Origin: Octopus vulgaris
Lineage: Eukaryota
Direction of reading: 5' to 3'
Assembly: GCA_951406725.2 (NCBI GenBank)
Contig: OX597820.1
Location: 63,550,001 to 63,614,000, forward strand
DNA: 64,000 nucleotides
The position numbers and the translations under genes were made by a program. Positions within the stretch are counted from its first letter, which is position 1, and the number at the start of each line of letters is the position of its first letter. Below the pieces are notes generated by a model. That model saw only the letters and a program-made list of their open reading frames with translations, ran no database searches and had not been told where the DNA came from. Shown piece by piece: positions 51,549 through 64,000 of the stretch.

Positions 51549-51830
51549 AAGGTAGCGCGCTGGCAGAATCGTTAGCGCTCTAGACGAAATATTTAGCAGT
51601 ATTTCACCCGTCGCTACGTTCTGAGTACAAATAAATTCCGTCGAGGTCGACTTTGCCTTTTATCTAAGCGAAGGAGTGGTTGCGTGGTAACTGGTTTGCT
51701 TACCAGCCGCACGGTTCCGGGTTCAGGCCAGTGCGTGACACCTTGGGCAAGTGTCTTCTACTATAGCCTCGGGCCGACCAAAGCCTTGTGAGTGGATCTG
51801 GTAGACAGAAACTGAAAGAAGCCCGTCGTA

Positions 51831-51924
<94 letters not shown>

Positions 51925-51937
51925 TTATATATATATA

Positions 51938-51995
<58 letters not shown>

Positions 51996-52200
51996 GTGTT
52001 TGTGTGTCTGTGTTTGTCCCGCAACATCGCTTGACAACCGATGCTGCTGGTGTGTTTACGCCCCCGTAACTTAGCGGTTCGGCAAAAGAGACCGATGGAA
52101 TAAGTACTAGGCATACGAAGAATAAGTTCTGGGGTCCATTTGCTCGACTAAAGGCGGTGCTGCAGCATGGCCACATTCAAATGACTGAAGCAAGTAAAAG
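51549..52200 (+). mobile_element. SINE family B 5' part (51549-51665) directly followed by a full-length SINE family A (51672-52200)
   Basis: aaggtagcgcgctggcagaatcgttagc...gaggtcgactttgcctttt, then ggagtggttgcgtggtaa...caaatgactgaagcaagtaaaag. Confidence 0.88.
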
Positions 52201-53101
52201 ATCAAAATTCTATGTGAAAACGACGTGTGTATGTGCGCGTGCGTAAGCGTACGTGAATTTCGGGCGTTGTCGTGTGGAAGGAAGTTTGCTTCCCTACCAG
52301 AATGTCGCGAGTTCAGTCTCATTACGTTGCACCTTGCATTTGGCTCTTGTTCTATCGCCTCGGGCCAACTAAATTCCTGTGATTGGATTTGTTTGTCTGA
52401 AAGAAGTCTGAAGCTGTCTGATGTAACTGAAGCAGTCTGTCATATATGTATACAAATATACATGTGTGCGTGTGTGTGTGTGTAACTTTGTATCTATATT
52501 AATCTTCCATAACTGGTTTTGACAACTCATTTTGACAACTGGTTATGTGTAAATACACGTAAATATGGAGTTCGGCGAAAGATAAAGATACAATAAGCAC
52601 CAAATTTTAAGAGAATGTGAATCGAGTTGAATCCTTTCTGTTGTGGGCAGAGGACCTAAAATGTATACCCCGTACATATTTTATCAAACCCGAAATGAAG
52701 AAAAGTAAAGAAAAGCAAATTTGACTACAAGTGAGCACAACGTTACGAAGCAAAATTACTTACCACAAATCACGCTTGTGCTACAGAATATAGAGACAGT
52801 ATTCTCAAAGCTGAAATAGCGTTGTGTTATATTCATAAAGAAACGTGTACATATGATACAACTTTTCGAAAAAGTGTGTCGATAAATAAGTCGATTTTCA
52901 CTAAGTATATTGACCAATAATTGAGTACCTCATTTCCTAGGCATCGTTCGGTGTTTTCCATTTACAATATATCTGTATTAGAGAATATATCACACACATA
53001 ATGTATATCTCTATGGCATGTGTATTTTGTATATATTGTACATATTATATAAAGATAATACCCATTGAATAACTATATATGTATGCATATATATATATAT
53101 A

Positions 53102-53159
<58 letters not shown>

Positions 53160-53322
53160 CATACATTTATATGTCCATATATACATATATACATACATGA
53201 TTATATATATGTAGAGAGAGAGGGAAAAGGAAAGAGTGTGCATATATATGCATATATATATATGCATATATATGTATATATTTCTATTTCCTTATCTATC
53301 GATATATATATATATATGTATG

Positions 53323-53324
<2 letters not shown>

Positions 53325-53362
<38 letters not shown>

Positions 53363-53649
53363 AACGCTATTTTGCGTTATGGGATTGGTCGAGAGCGTCG
53401 GCGGATAATGTGTCGAACGAAACGTACAGCCAGATAAGGAATATGGAAAACAGGAAACAATAAGAGACAAAGGTTGAGTGGGTACAGGCGTAGCAAGATA
53501 AACCTAGCATAGAATGTATGCTGCATTAATGAATAAGCTATGAGTGAGACATGAAAAATAACAGATTCCATAATGAGACAGTATTTCAATGAAAAAATTG
53601 CTCAATAACGATAATTCATTACAGGACAAAGTCCATAAATATAAGACCA

Positions 53650-53691
<42 letters not shown>

Positions 53692-53890
53692 ACGTTTGTG
53701 TGTGCGCGCGGACAGATAAAGGTTGATATATTTGACGTCTTCTATAAGTTAAATATATAAAGAGCGAGGTTGATAGATACATGGACACACATATAGACTG
53801 ATGGACATATATATAAATATATATATATATATATATGTATATGCATTTGTATATGTATATATATATATAGAAATATATTTATATATGTCC

Positions 53891-53939
<49 letters not shown>

Positions 53940-54021
53940 GCAGACAAACAGATACACAAAGACAAAAATAGGTAGATAGATAAATACTCAGACTGAAAGA
54001 CTGACACACAGAAATATGTAT

Positions 54022-54083
<62 letters not shown>

Positions 54084-54371
54084 AACGCTATTTTGCGTTA
54101 TGGGATTGGTCGAGAGCGTCGGCGGATAATGTGTCGAACGAAACGTACAGCCAGATAAGGAATATGGAAAACAGGAAACAATAAGAGACAAAGGTTGGAG
54201 TGGGTACAGGCGTAGCAAGATAAACCTAGCATATAATGTATGCTGCATTAATGAATAAGCTATGAGTGAGACATGAAAAATAACAGATTCCATAATGAGA
54301 CAGTATTTCAATGAAAAAATTGCTCAATAACGATAATTCATTACAGGACAAAGTCCATAAATATAAGACCA

Positions 54372-54421
<50 letters not shown>

Positions 54422-54623
54422 ACGTTTGTGTGTGCGCGCGGACAGATAAAGGTTGATATATTTGACGTCTTCTATAAGTTAAATATATAAAGAGCGAGGT
54501 TGATAGATACATGGACACACATATAGACTGATGGACATATATATAAATATATATATATATATATATGTATATGCATTTGTATATGTATATATATATATAG
54601 AAATATATTTATATATGTCCATA

Positions 54624-54669
<46 letters not shown>

Positions 54670-54774
54670 GACAAACAGATACACAAAGACAAAAATAGGT
54701 AGATAGATAAATACTCAGACTGAAAGACTGACACACAGAAATATGTATGTGTATGTGTGTGTGTGTGTGTTTGT

Positions 54775-54810
<36 letters not shown>
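53325..54810 (+). repeat. Near-identical tandem duplication, period ~721-728 bp, bounded by (GT)n
   Basis: gtaacgctattttgcgttatggg starts at 53361 and 54082. Both units end with ctgacacacagaaatatgtatg. Confidence 0.95.
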
Positions 54811-54815
<5 letters not shown>

Positions 54816-54850
54816 TGCGTATAAATAAATAGATAGATAGATAGATAGTC

Positions 54851-54937
<87 letters not shown>

Positions 54938-55199
54938 CAGATTCAGAGTTTTATATAAACATAGATAGATGTATACGTATGTGAGTATAAGATATTATGT
55001 CGGTACTTGGAACACGAAAGCAAATAATTATTGCAAATATCTTTATCCTAATATATATATACAGTAGACCTATATAAGGATGTATATGTACATATGTGTG
55101 TGTATGTGTGTGTGTGTACTCACGGGTACGAGCTCGCTCGCATATGGATGTGTATTCATTTCTATGTATTTATATAAGCAGCTATCTATAAACGTGAGG

Positions 55200-55316
<117 letters not shown>

Positions 55317-55484
55317 TGTGTGTCTGTGTATTTATATATATATATATATGCATTTGCGTGTCTGTGTATTTATATATATGGAAATAATTTCGTGTGTCTC
55401 TATGCGTACATATTTTTACACACAAATGAATAAGTATTACCAAATATATGGATATATAGATATATATATATACATATACATAAG

Positions 55485-55770
55485 TTACGACGACTGAGTT
55501 CCAGTTGATCGTATAATTGGGTGACCACTCCACAGACAGGTGCACCCTTAAAGCAATTCTCGGGGAGATTCAGCCTGAAATAAAGGTACAACAGAAGAAA
55601 GAAAGAGTGACAAAAATGTACAGCATGGTTTTTCACCAACCCCTGTCAGAGCCACGTGGAGCTTTAAGTATTTTTGCTCAACAATCACTCACAACGATCG
55701 ATCTGGAAATCGAATTTGCGATCCAAAGAGCGCGTGTCTGCTACCCTAGCCAATGGGCCATTGCGCCTCA
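55485..55770 (-). mobile_element. Degenerate tRNA-derived SINE, family C
   Basis: Minus-strand head gaggcgcaatggcccattggctaggg (A-box-like) and aattcgatttcc (B-box-like). The 3' part reads gatcaactggaactcagtcgtcgtaac. Confidence 0.65.
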
Positions 55771-55781
55771 CCAAATATATA

Positions 55782-55827
<46 letters not shown>

Positions 55828-55922
55828 CGTGTGTGCGTGTGTGTGAGTGTGTATGTTTATATGTTTATATATAAATCATTATATACATACACACACACAC
55901 ACATACACACACACACACACAT

Positions 55923-55990
<68 letters not shown>

Positions 55991-56324
55991 TGTATTTATA
56001 TATATGTACACATATACATATATACATCCAGTTACATATGTATATATGTTTACATACATATTCTGTGTATACGGCATGTAAGAATATATGTATTCCATGG
56101 AGATATCAACTCAGTTATTAGATAACATTCATATCCCCTTGTCGAACCATGTATTTCGTAATCTACATTCTGATATTCATACCGCAGCGTATAGAAGTTT
56201 ACAAATGCATAGATATTTTTACCTTTTCTTTTGTCTGTATTGTATACCAGTGCCTCTGTGCATAACATTTGTATATGTTTGAATTAGTTTTCAGAAGACT
56301 AAACCTATACACACACACACAGAG

Positions 56325-56381
<57 letters not shown>

Positions 56382-56676
56382 CATACATACATATATATAT
56401 ATATGCATACATATATATATGCATACACGCAGAAACACACACACAGAAACACTCACACAGAAACACACACACACACACATATCTTTATATATATATTTTT
56501 ATTTTCCCTGTACAAATATATATATATTGTTTTAATATGTATTATTTTGTGAATATCTAGAGCTGCTTGTCTGCTATATGAGTATGTAAATGTATGAAAA
56601 CCTCTTTTCACTTTTATTTCTATATTTTTCAACTTATCATTTACTCTGTCTCTTCGTCTCTCTCTATATATATGCT

Positions 56677-56732
<56 letters not shown>

Positions 56733-56794
56733 GTATATGTATATATAGTTATAAACATGTGTAAGCATGTATGTATGTATCTATCTATCTATAC

Positions 56795-56879
<85 letters not shown>

Positions 56880-57126
56880 CATGCGTGTGCGAGCTATATT
56901 CTTAATGTGGGTGGGTGTATATTGTTTGGAATGGCATCACTTTTCGCTTTCACTTTAGACATGAATATTGTAATCTACCGTTCCTATACTTAGTCACAAT
57001 TATTCTTCTATGTTGTTTGAGTATCAACGTTTTAAATATTTCGAGCAATGCATTTGCTACTCTTCTCTTTGTTCATATGAAAAATTGTGCTGTTAAACGT
57101 CAATAGACAGATAGATAGATATAGAA

Positions 57127-57173
<47 letters not shown>

Positions 57174-57192
57174 TAGATAGATAGATAGATAT

Positions 57193-57559
57193 GTTTCTTT
57201 ATTAGCCACACAGGGCTGCACACAGATAGAACAAATTACAAGGTAGAGCTTTTCTTTTGAAGGTTTAAGAAAAAAAAAAAAAAAAAAAAAAGGAAGGGGG
57301 AGTTTCGATCAAAAGGGATCGTAAAAGGAGAGAAAGAGGACAAAAAAAAGGGGGTTTAAAAAAAGGGGCGGAGGAAAAAAATTGATCAATAGGGATCGTT
57401 ATCACAGAAATGTCAATATGAAGTGTAAAGGGGAGGACAGGTGAGGTTTACCCGTGGAAAGAAAAGCCTACGGAAAAGACCACGGTAACCTCGGTCAATG
57501 ATGTCACATTTTATTTTTTTTTTTTTGCAAATAAGCAACTCTCTGTTTTCGATTTCTGG
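57193..57559 (-). mobile_element. 3' end of a probable non-LTR element inserted in a (GATA)n tract; second, diverged copy at 58127-58362
   Basis: Both copies end (minus strand) in ccctgtgtggctaataaagaaac followed by (ATCT)n, and share gtggaaagaaaa(g)cctacggaaaagaccacggtaac. Confidence 0.7.
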
Positions 57560-57616
57560 GTTCATATGAAAAATTGTGCTGCTTAAACGTCAATAGATAG
57601 ATAGATAGATATAGAA

Positions 57617-57920
<304 letters not shown>

Positions 57921-58402
57921 ATGGATAGATGGATAGCCATGTAGACATGTAGAATGGTAGATAGATATAGTTAGATAGATGGATTCATTGATTGGTTGAT
58001 AGGCAGATAGACATACAGACAGACATACCGACATGCAGACAGACAGATAGACAGATATATAGATAGATAGAGAAGTAGATAGATAGATTGATAGATTGAT
58101 AGATTGATATATATATAGATAGATAAGTTTCTTTATTAGCCACACAGGGCCGAACACAGAGGGGACAAAATACAATGCAGATCATTTATTTTCGAAAATT
58201 GAGAAAAATGAGAAAATTAAAATTCCAATGAAAAGGGATCGCGAGAAAACAGAAAAAAATGATCAAAACAGATCGTGTATCACAGAAAAAATTTCTCAAG
58301 TGTAAAAAGCAAACTTAGGTTTATCTGTGGAAAGAAAACCTACGGAAAAGACCACGGTAACTTGTAGACATGTAGACAGGTAGACTGGCAGTTAGATAGA
58401 TT

Positions 58403-58456
<54 letters not shown>

Positions 58457-58458
58457 AT

Positions 58459-58522
<64 letters not shown>

Positions 58523-58726
58523 CGATACAGACAGACTAATGGACAGTCAGACATACATACAAACTAATAGACAAACAGATAGACAGATGCAAGCCATTAG
58601 TTTCACCTCTTTGTTTTCTCTACTGCTACTACAACGGCATATACGTAGCCTGTTCAAGCTATTACTCTTGTTATATCGTACTTATACACTTCATACTTCC
58701 TTTCTGTCGATACATTTATAAGATGC

Positions 58727-58935
58727 AAGGCGGCGTGCTGGCAGAAACGTTAGCAGGCCAGGCGAAAACCTTACCGGTATCTCGTATGTCTTTACGTTCC
58801 GAGTTGAAATTCCTCTGAGGTCGATTTTGCTTTTTATCCTTTCGGCGTCGATAGATTCTGTACCAGTTGCGTGCTGAGCTCGATCTAATTGTCTGGCCCC
58901 TCCCTCAAAATTTCTGGCCTTGTGCCTAGTGTAGA
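58727..58935 (+). mobile_element. Near full-length SINE family B
   Basis: aaggcggcgtgctggcagaaacgttagc...gagttgaaattcc...atcctttcggcgtcgata...gtaccagtt...ggccttgtgcctag. Confidence 0.85.
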
Positions 58936-59234
58936 CAGGTGTATTTAAAAGATGTACTGTATTGTAGTACGGTTTCGTTGCGCTCCCATGTATAAGATGC
59001 AGAGAACGCAGGCAGTTTTCTAGAAATGACTATAAGAAAATATGAATCACACACTTTTGTGCCCCGTGTTAGACAGACTTTTTCAGAACACTGGGCTAAG
59101 ATGACTTTTTACCGATACTTTACTTTCGTAGCTCTTCCACTTATACACATCTTGTCTCATCTACGCTTGTTCGAAAACAGTTGTACTTAGACCGTTGAAG
59201 TTTTTTCAACTGTATCTCTTAGCAACATAGTTAT

Positions 59235-60130
59235 TTCATCGATGATCAAAGTGTACCTTTTTATGCTGTATTTAGACCAAAGGAACAAATTTAGAACCAA
59301 TATACCAGAAGGTAACTGTCATCCGTATTTGACCGGGGGTGATCTGCATATTTTAAACACGTCACTGTCTACATGTACACGGCATTGAAACGGCTCAAAT
59401 TGGATATTGATATATTTCCACATAAGTGACTGTCGAGATTACTACGCCAGTAACTGTCCAACAAATGATGTATATAGATTAACTATGGTGCACAGACAGC
59501 TATATAATGGATTTTCATTTCATCAACACAGTAAGTTTAAAATTACTTTCAGTTCTTCAGATTCACACTGAACATAATACATATTTTTCTTAATTAATAG
59601 CCAGTCAAATAAAACCGAACTAGTCAACTTCAGCTACCTACTACGATACTACCCTAAGTTGTGACGGATCTTTACAATTGCTGACTGTTCTATACTATTG
59701 GCTGTGAAAGGAAACCGGGAGGACTTCTCTCTTAACTGATTAACAAGTTGGGAACTGACTCAAGTAGAAACTCTTCCCTGGTATTTCCACACATTTAAAA
59801 ACAGATCTTGTTGAGATTCTTATTGTATGATCCCCTTGTTATACTAATACGACAATTATTATTTCGTTTTCTCAGTGATTTACGACATCTGAGAAAGGTC
59901 ACAACTGACTGACATGTCCTGTAGACTTTAGATCCCTTTACACATTTTCAGCCGCGGAGAATCAAGACTGTTACATGTCAGACACCTGGGTCCATTCCCA
60001 CTGTAATATTCTGGACCAAGATTTATTAGTAATTCGGTGGATGGAAATATTGCAGAAACTTTGTTCTTGTAATTCAGTCGGGCACAGTGTTCATAGACTA
60101 AGGCAGTGTGATTCTGCCAAAGAGTTATGT
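59235..60130 (+). pseudogene. Decayed Ig-to-FN3 junction remnant (neuroglian/L1-like)
   Basis: Ordered motifs GGDLHILNTS/VYMYTA (~59340-59390), DTTLSCDGSLQLLTVLYYWL (~59645-59705), SLYTFSAAEN, TVTCQTPGSIP and DLLVIRWMEI (~59935-60050), with stops and frameshifts. Confidence 0.42.
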
Positions 60131-61614
60131 AAAGGTACAGAATTTTTGTGTTAGACTCAGGGACACATATCATAATTCAATCAGCTGTTTATTCCATTGC
60201 AAAAACATATCTAAAATTTTATTTTCTGAAACGAATGATGGGCCATTAAATATTCTTATTTACTGCCCTCTCTCCCTCTCTTCCCTTCTCCAGCTCCTTC
60301 TCCCTCGCTCTCTCCTTTCTTTTACTTCCTCATTCTCCACCACTCCCTACCTCACACACATATATGCAAAGCATGTCCATAAATACCTATACATATACAT
60401 ACATATTTATATATATATACGTATACAAACATGCACTTTCAAAAACGAATAGTTACACACGCATACATATACGTAAACATACACAGCGTATGTCTGCATG
60501 TAACTGTAAATGAGTGTAGGTATACATACATACATACATACATACATACATACATACATACATACATACATACATACATACATACATACATGCAGCACAT
60601 GCTTCGTTCTAAATCTGCCGAATAAATGAGTGTACATATATGTGTATATGCGGGTCACTTTATGTATACGTTGAGTGTATTGGTATTTTCAATTTCTCAT
60701 TTATTAAATCAGAATACTTTAAGCCTCGCCATCTGTAGAATCTCTATTTTCTAAGTTTTCGGGTAAGTTTGTTTCTTTTTTAGAATTTTGAAGCTTTATC
60801 CCTTATTTTATTTAGTGTTTGCTTCAGATAACCTTTCAAAATAATATAAAATTTGATTTCCGCGTAAGATGGGCGAAATGTAATTGGAGAAATAAATACA
60901 CTGGACGAAAATATCTTTATGCAATGTACAGATTTACCCCAAATATATGAGAAAAGATCGCAAGAAATAGATTGGATGCGGGAAACATATATTGAAAAAA
61001 GGGTAGAATGATGAATGCGACATATGACTGTATACCCCCTACACACAAACAGCTTTATACGCACACACACGCACGTATGTATATGTATATCTATCTATCT
61101 ATCTACCTATATATATATATATATATATACACAAACATACACACAGACTCGCGTACACAAAGGAACATGTGCAGATACACACATACACACGCACGCACGC
61201 ACGCCCGCACACAAACACACACACACATACGGGTTTGGAGTTGAAGTTGCACCTTGGTTTTCAAATGAATTTTAGTTTTTCTGTTATATTTATATAATTT
61301 GTAGCACCATGCCGCTTTCAACATTTTCTTCTTAAATAGTAAATATAAAGTAAAAAAATATGTTTAAATATTTATAGAAACTGAATGCAGAAGAAAAATT
61401 TACATAATGATAAAACAGGCTTAAAACTCAAATGCGCATTTCGTTTCATAGCACAATTACGTGAGGAATGTTCAGGTGTTGAATAAGTTGAATAAAAAAG
61501 AAATTGATAAAGTTCAGATGTTCGATACATTTATTTCGTAGCATGATTAGGTGATAAAATATCATAAATAAGCAATAATATATCATAAATTAGGCTTGAT
61601 GATGATTTGAAATC

Positions 61615-61682
61615 AAGGGCCGACCAAAGTTTTGTGAGTGGATTTGGTAGACGGAAACTGAAAAAGGCCCGTCGTATATATG

Positions 61683-61751
<69 letters not shown>

Positions 61752-61945
61752 CCCCCCATTAACATCGCTTGACAACCGATGCTGGTGTGTTTATGTCCCC
61801 CGTAACTTAGTAGTTCGGCAAAAGGGACCGATAGAATAAGTACTAGGTTTCCAAAGAATAAGTCCTGGGGTCGATTTGCTCGACTAAAGCCGGTGCTCCA
61901 GCATGGTTGCTGGCAAATGACTGAAAAAAGTAAAAAAAAATAAAG
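61615..61945 (+). mobile_element. 5'-truncated SINE family A
   Basis: gggccgaccaaag.tttgtgagtggatttggtagacgg...cggtgctccagcatgg...aaatgactgaaa. Confidence 0.88.
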
Positions 61946-64000
61946 AGCATCAACAAACCATCATCGTCCATCTTTCTTCAACCGTAATTAGATCCTGAAC
62001 GAACAAGGTCCACTTCAAAATCCACGGACATTCTGTTATTACTTCAGCATCGAATGCTGTCACAGATGGGCGATTATACTTTGTTAACATGCGACATACT
62101 TTCGTATATTGACTTATGTACCACATGGTTGCGTGAGACGCCCACTCTGTTGAATAATACTGAACCATACAGGTCGATGGAGATATATCTAGTATATCGA
62201 GCAGATTATGCTACATTGGAGAAGCTCGATCACTGTTTTTCTTATTCATTCTTCCTTTAGTCTCGAGTTGATCCTAACTGAAAAAGGCACTCTGGTTTTA
62301 ACAACTTCTCTTCGCAGTCCCAGAAAATCCGAGAAACGGAATATATTAGAAGTCAAAAAGAATCAATTACAAAATTAGGAACGATTAATAAAAATTCAAA
62401 GGTCTAAAACATAATTGAAGGATGGTGAGTGCGAATGGCTGCTATTTATAGATGACTGTGTAAGCACTTAGTAGCAGCCATTTTTGCTTCGTACCACCTC
62501 ACTACTGCTGTTGTTGCTGCAGTAACCGTTTGACCCCTGGAAACCTTGATCAATTAGACTTGTTATAGAACGGAATCCAACGCACAACATTACTGAACTT
62601 GCCCGTGTTTCTAAAAATGTCAATGTGTAATTTGAGTGAGAATTTGAAACTATTTTGTGATGTTCCAATGACCAAGTGGAAGCACTCTCGTTCACTGCTC
62701 ACATCTCATCTGATTTAGCTGTGAAGTGAAAGAACAGCAGTTTGAATGTGTTTGCAAATATACAAAATGCTAAACAAATATATTATCAAACATTTAGTCT
62801 GGCAACATAATCTGATGGAATGGAAATTCTGGCACGAAATGATGAAGTAATTTAATCTACGGAGACGACTCAATGTCTGGATGATTCACTTGTTTGTAGG
62901 TCACATGATTTTGGATGCGTCTACAATATTCAACGAAAATCATGGCCTACAAGCGTATCCTTCTCTTTCTCCCTAGGTATATCTCTCGTACTTACTCTCA
63001 CACGTTCTCCCTCTGTTACACTCTCTATCCCTTACTCATACTCTGTCTGTCTCTGTCTGTCACACACTCTCTCTCTCCCTCTCTCTCTCTCTGCCTTAAT
63101 ATATCTGCTTCTCATTGTCGTTATGTCTGCAAGTCGTTTTCTCTCCATAATTCTTCCTCTTTTAGGAAGGAATATATCTCGAGTTGCTAAATGCGAGTAA
63201 AATAAGCGAAATCTGCTTCAATCGTCAGCTCTCTTTCTTAACTATGAAAGAAATAATTTGACATTGAATCCCCTAATATAGAAATTGACCAAGCCAGGGT
63301 GGATGATAAATAGAATTGTTAGAAGGTCGGACAAAATGCTTTGTGGTACCAATGCCGACTTTCCATGATCAAAGTTAAAATTCCAACCAAAGCCTCAAAT
63401 CCTCCTTATCACATTCATATAAATCCTAAGTCGCCAAGCCGAGAAATCCTCTCAAATCAGCGGCACAAGCATCTCTTTGCTCTGCAATCTGATATATATC
63501 ACATCGTTTCTATACAAGGGAACTATGAACACAGAGGTTTTGAAGATAAAGTGCTGTGAGGATTGAACTCATGAATTTTCTTTATTCTGACTAAACTCAC
63601 AAGAAAATAGCTCCAAGATTCCTTTACAGATTAGACGCGAACAAGGAAACCCCGCTGAGACACACAATGCTACTGTTATAAAGACAGTAAAGTTATGAGT
63701 TGTAGATTTGATTGTTATTGCTGACGGAGATTCCGCGACGACATATGTTCACGATTTGGTGAATGAAATAAAGAGAGGGGGAGAGGAGAAAGGGCGAAAG
63801 AGAGAGAGAGAGAGAGAGAGAGAGTGTGTGTGTGTGTGCGTATGTGTCTTTATATGGGTGTCTCTATATATATGTGCGCGTTCGTGTGTATATGTGTGTG
63901 GGTTTATGTGCGTGTATTGCGTTACTCTGCATGTGTATGTGTGCGGTTACGTGTGTGTTCGTGTGTGTGTGTACGTTTGTCTCTCTGTGTGTGTATGCGT

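Overview
AT-rich, microsatellite-saturated eukaryotic DNA. The SINE families and (TA)n/(TATC)n/(CA)n load suggest an octopus or related coleoid genome (inference). I found no intact protein-coding gene, and most ORFs in the supplied track are microsatellite translations. Recognisable mobile elements: a young 5'-truncated CR1-group LINE and an older copy, an RTE 3' fragment, an internally deleted Helitron and a non-autonomous Helitron, three mariner remnants, a Tc1 remnant, two decayed Penelope-like (GIY-YIG) elements with degenerate hammerhead-like motifs, three tRNA-type SINE families, and several MITE/foldback hairpins. Highlights: (1) a ~3.9 kb near-perfect palindrome nested inside a hAT MITE, with Penelope-type termini; (2) heavily decayed, apparently intronless Ig+FN3 (neuroglian/L1-like) remnants in otherwise unique DNA, read by eye and needing an HMM check; (3) the dominant SINE shares a 3' stem-loop tail with the CR1 LINE in this window; (4) a retroelement 3' end flanked by a ~120 bp target duplication. 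Coordinates of decayed elements are approximate.
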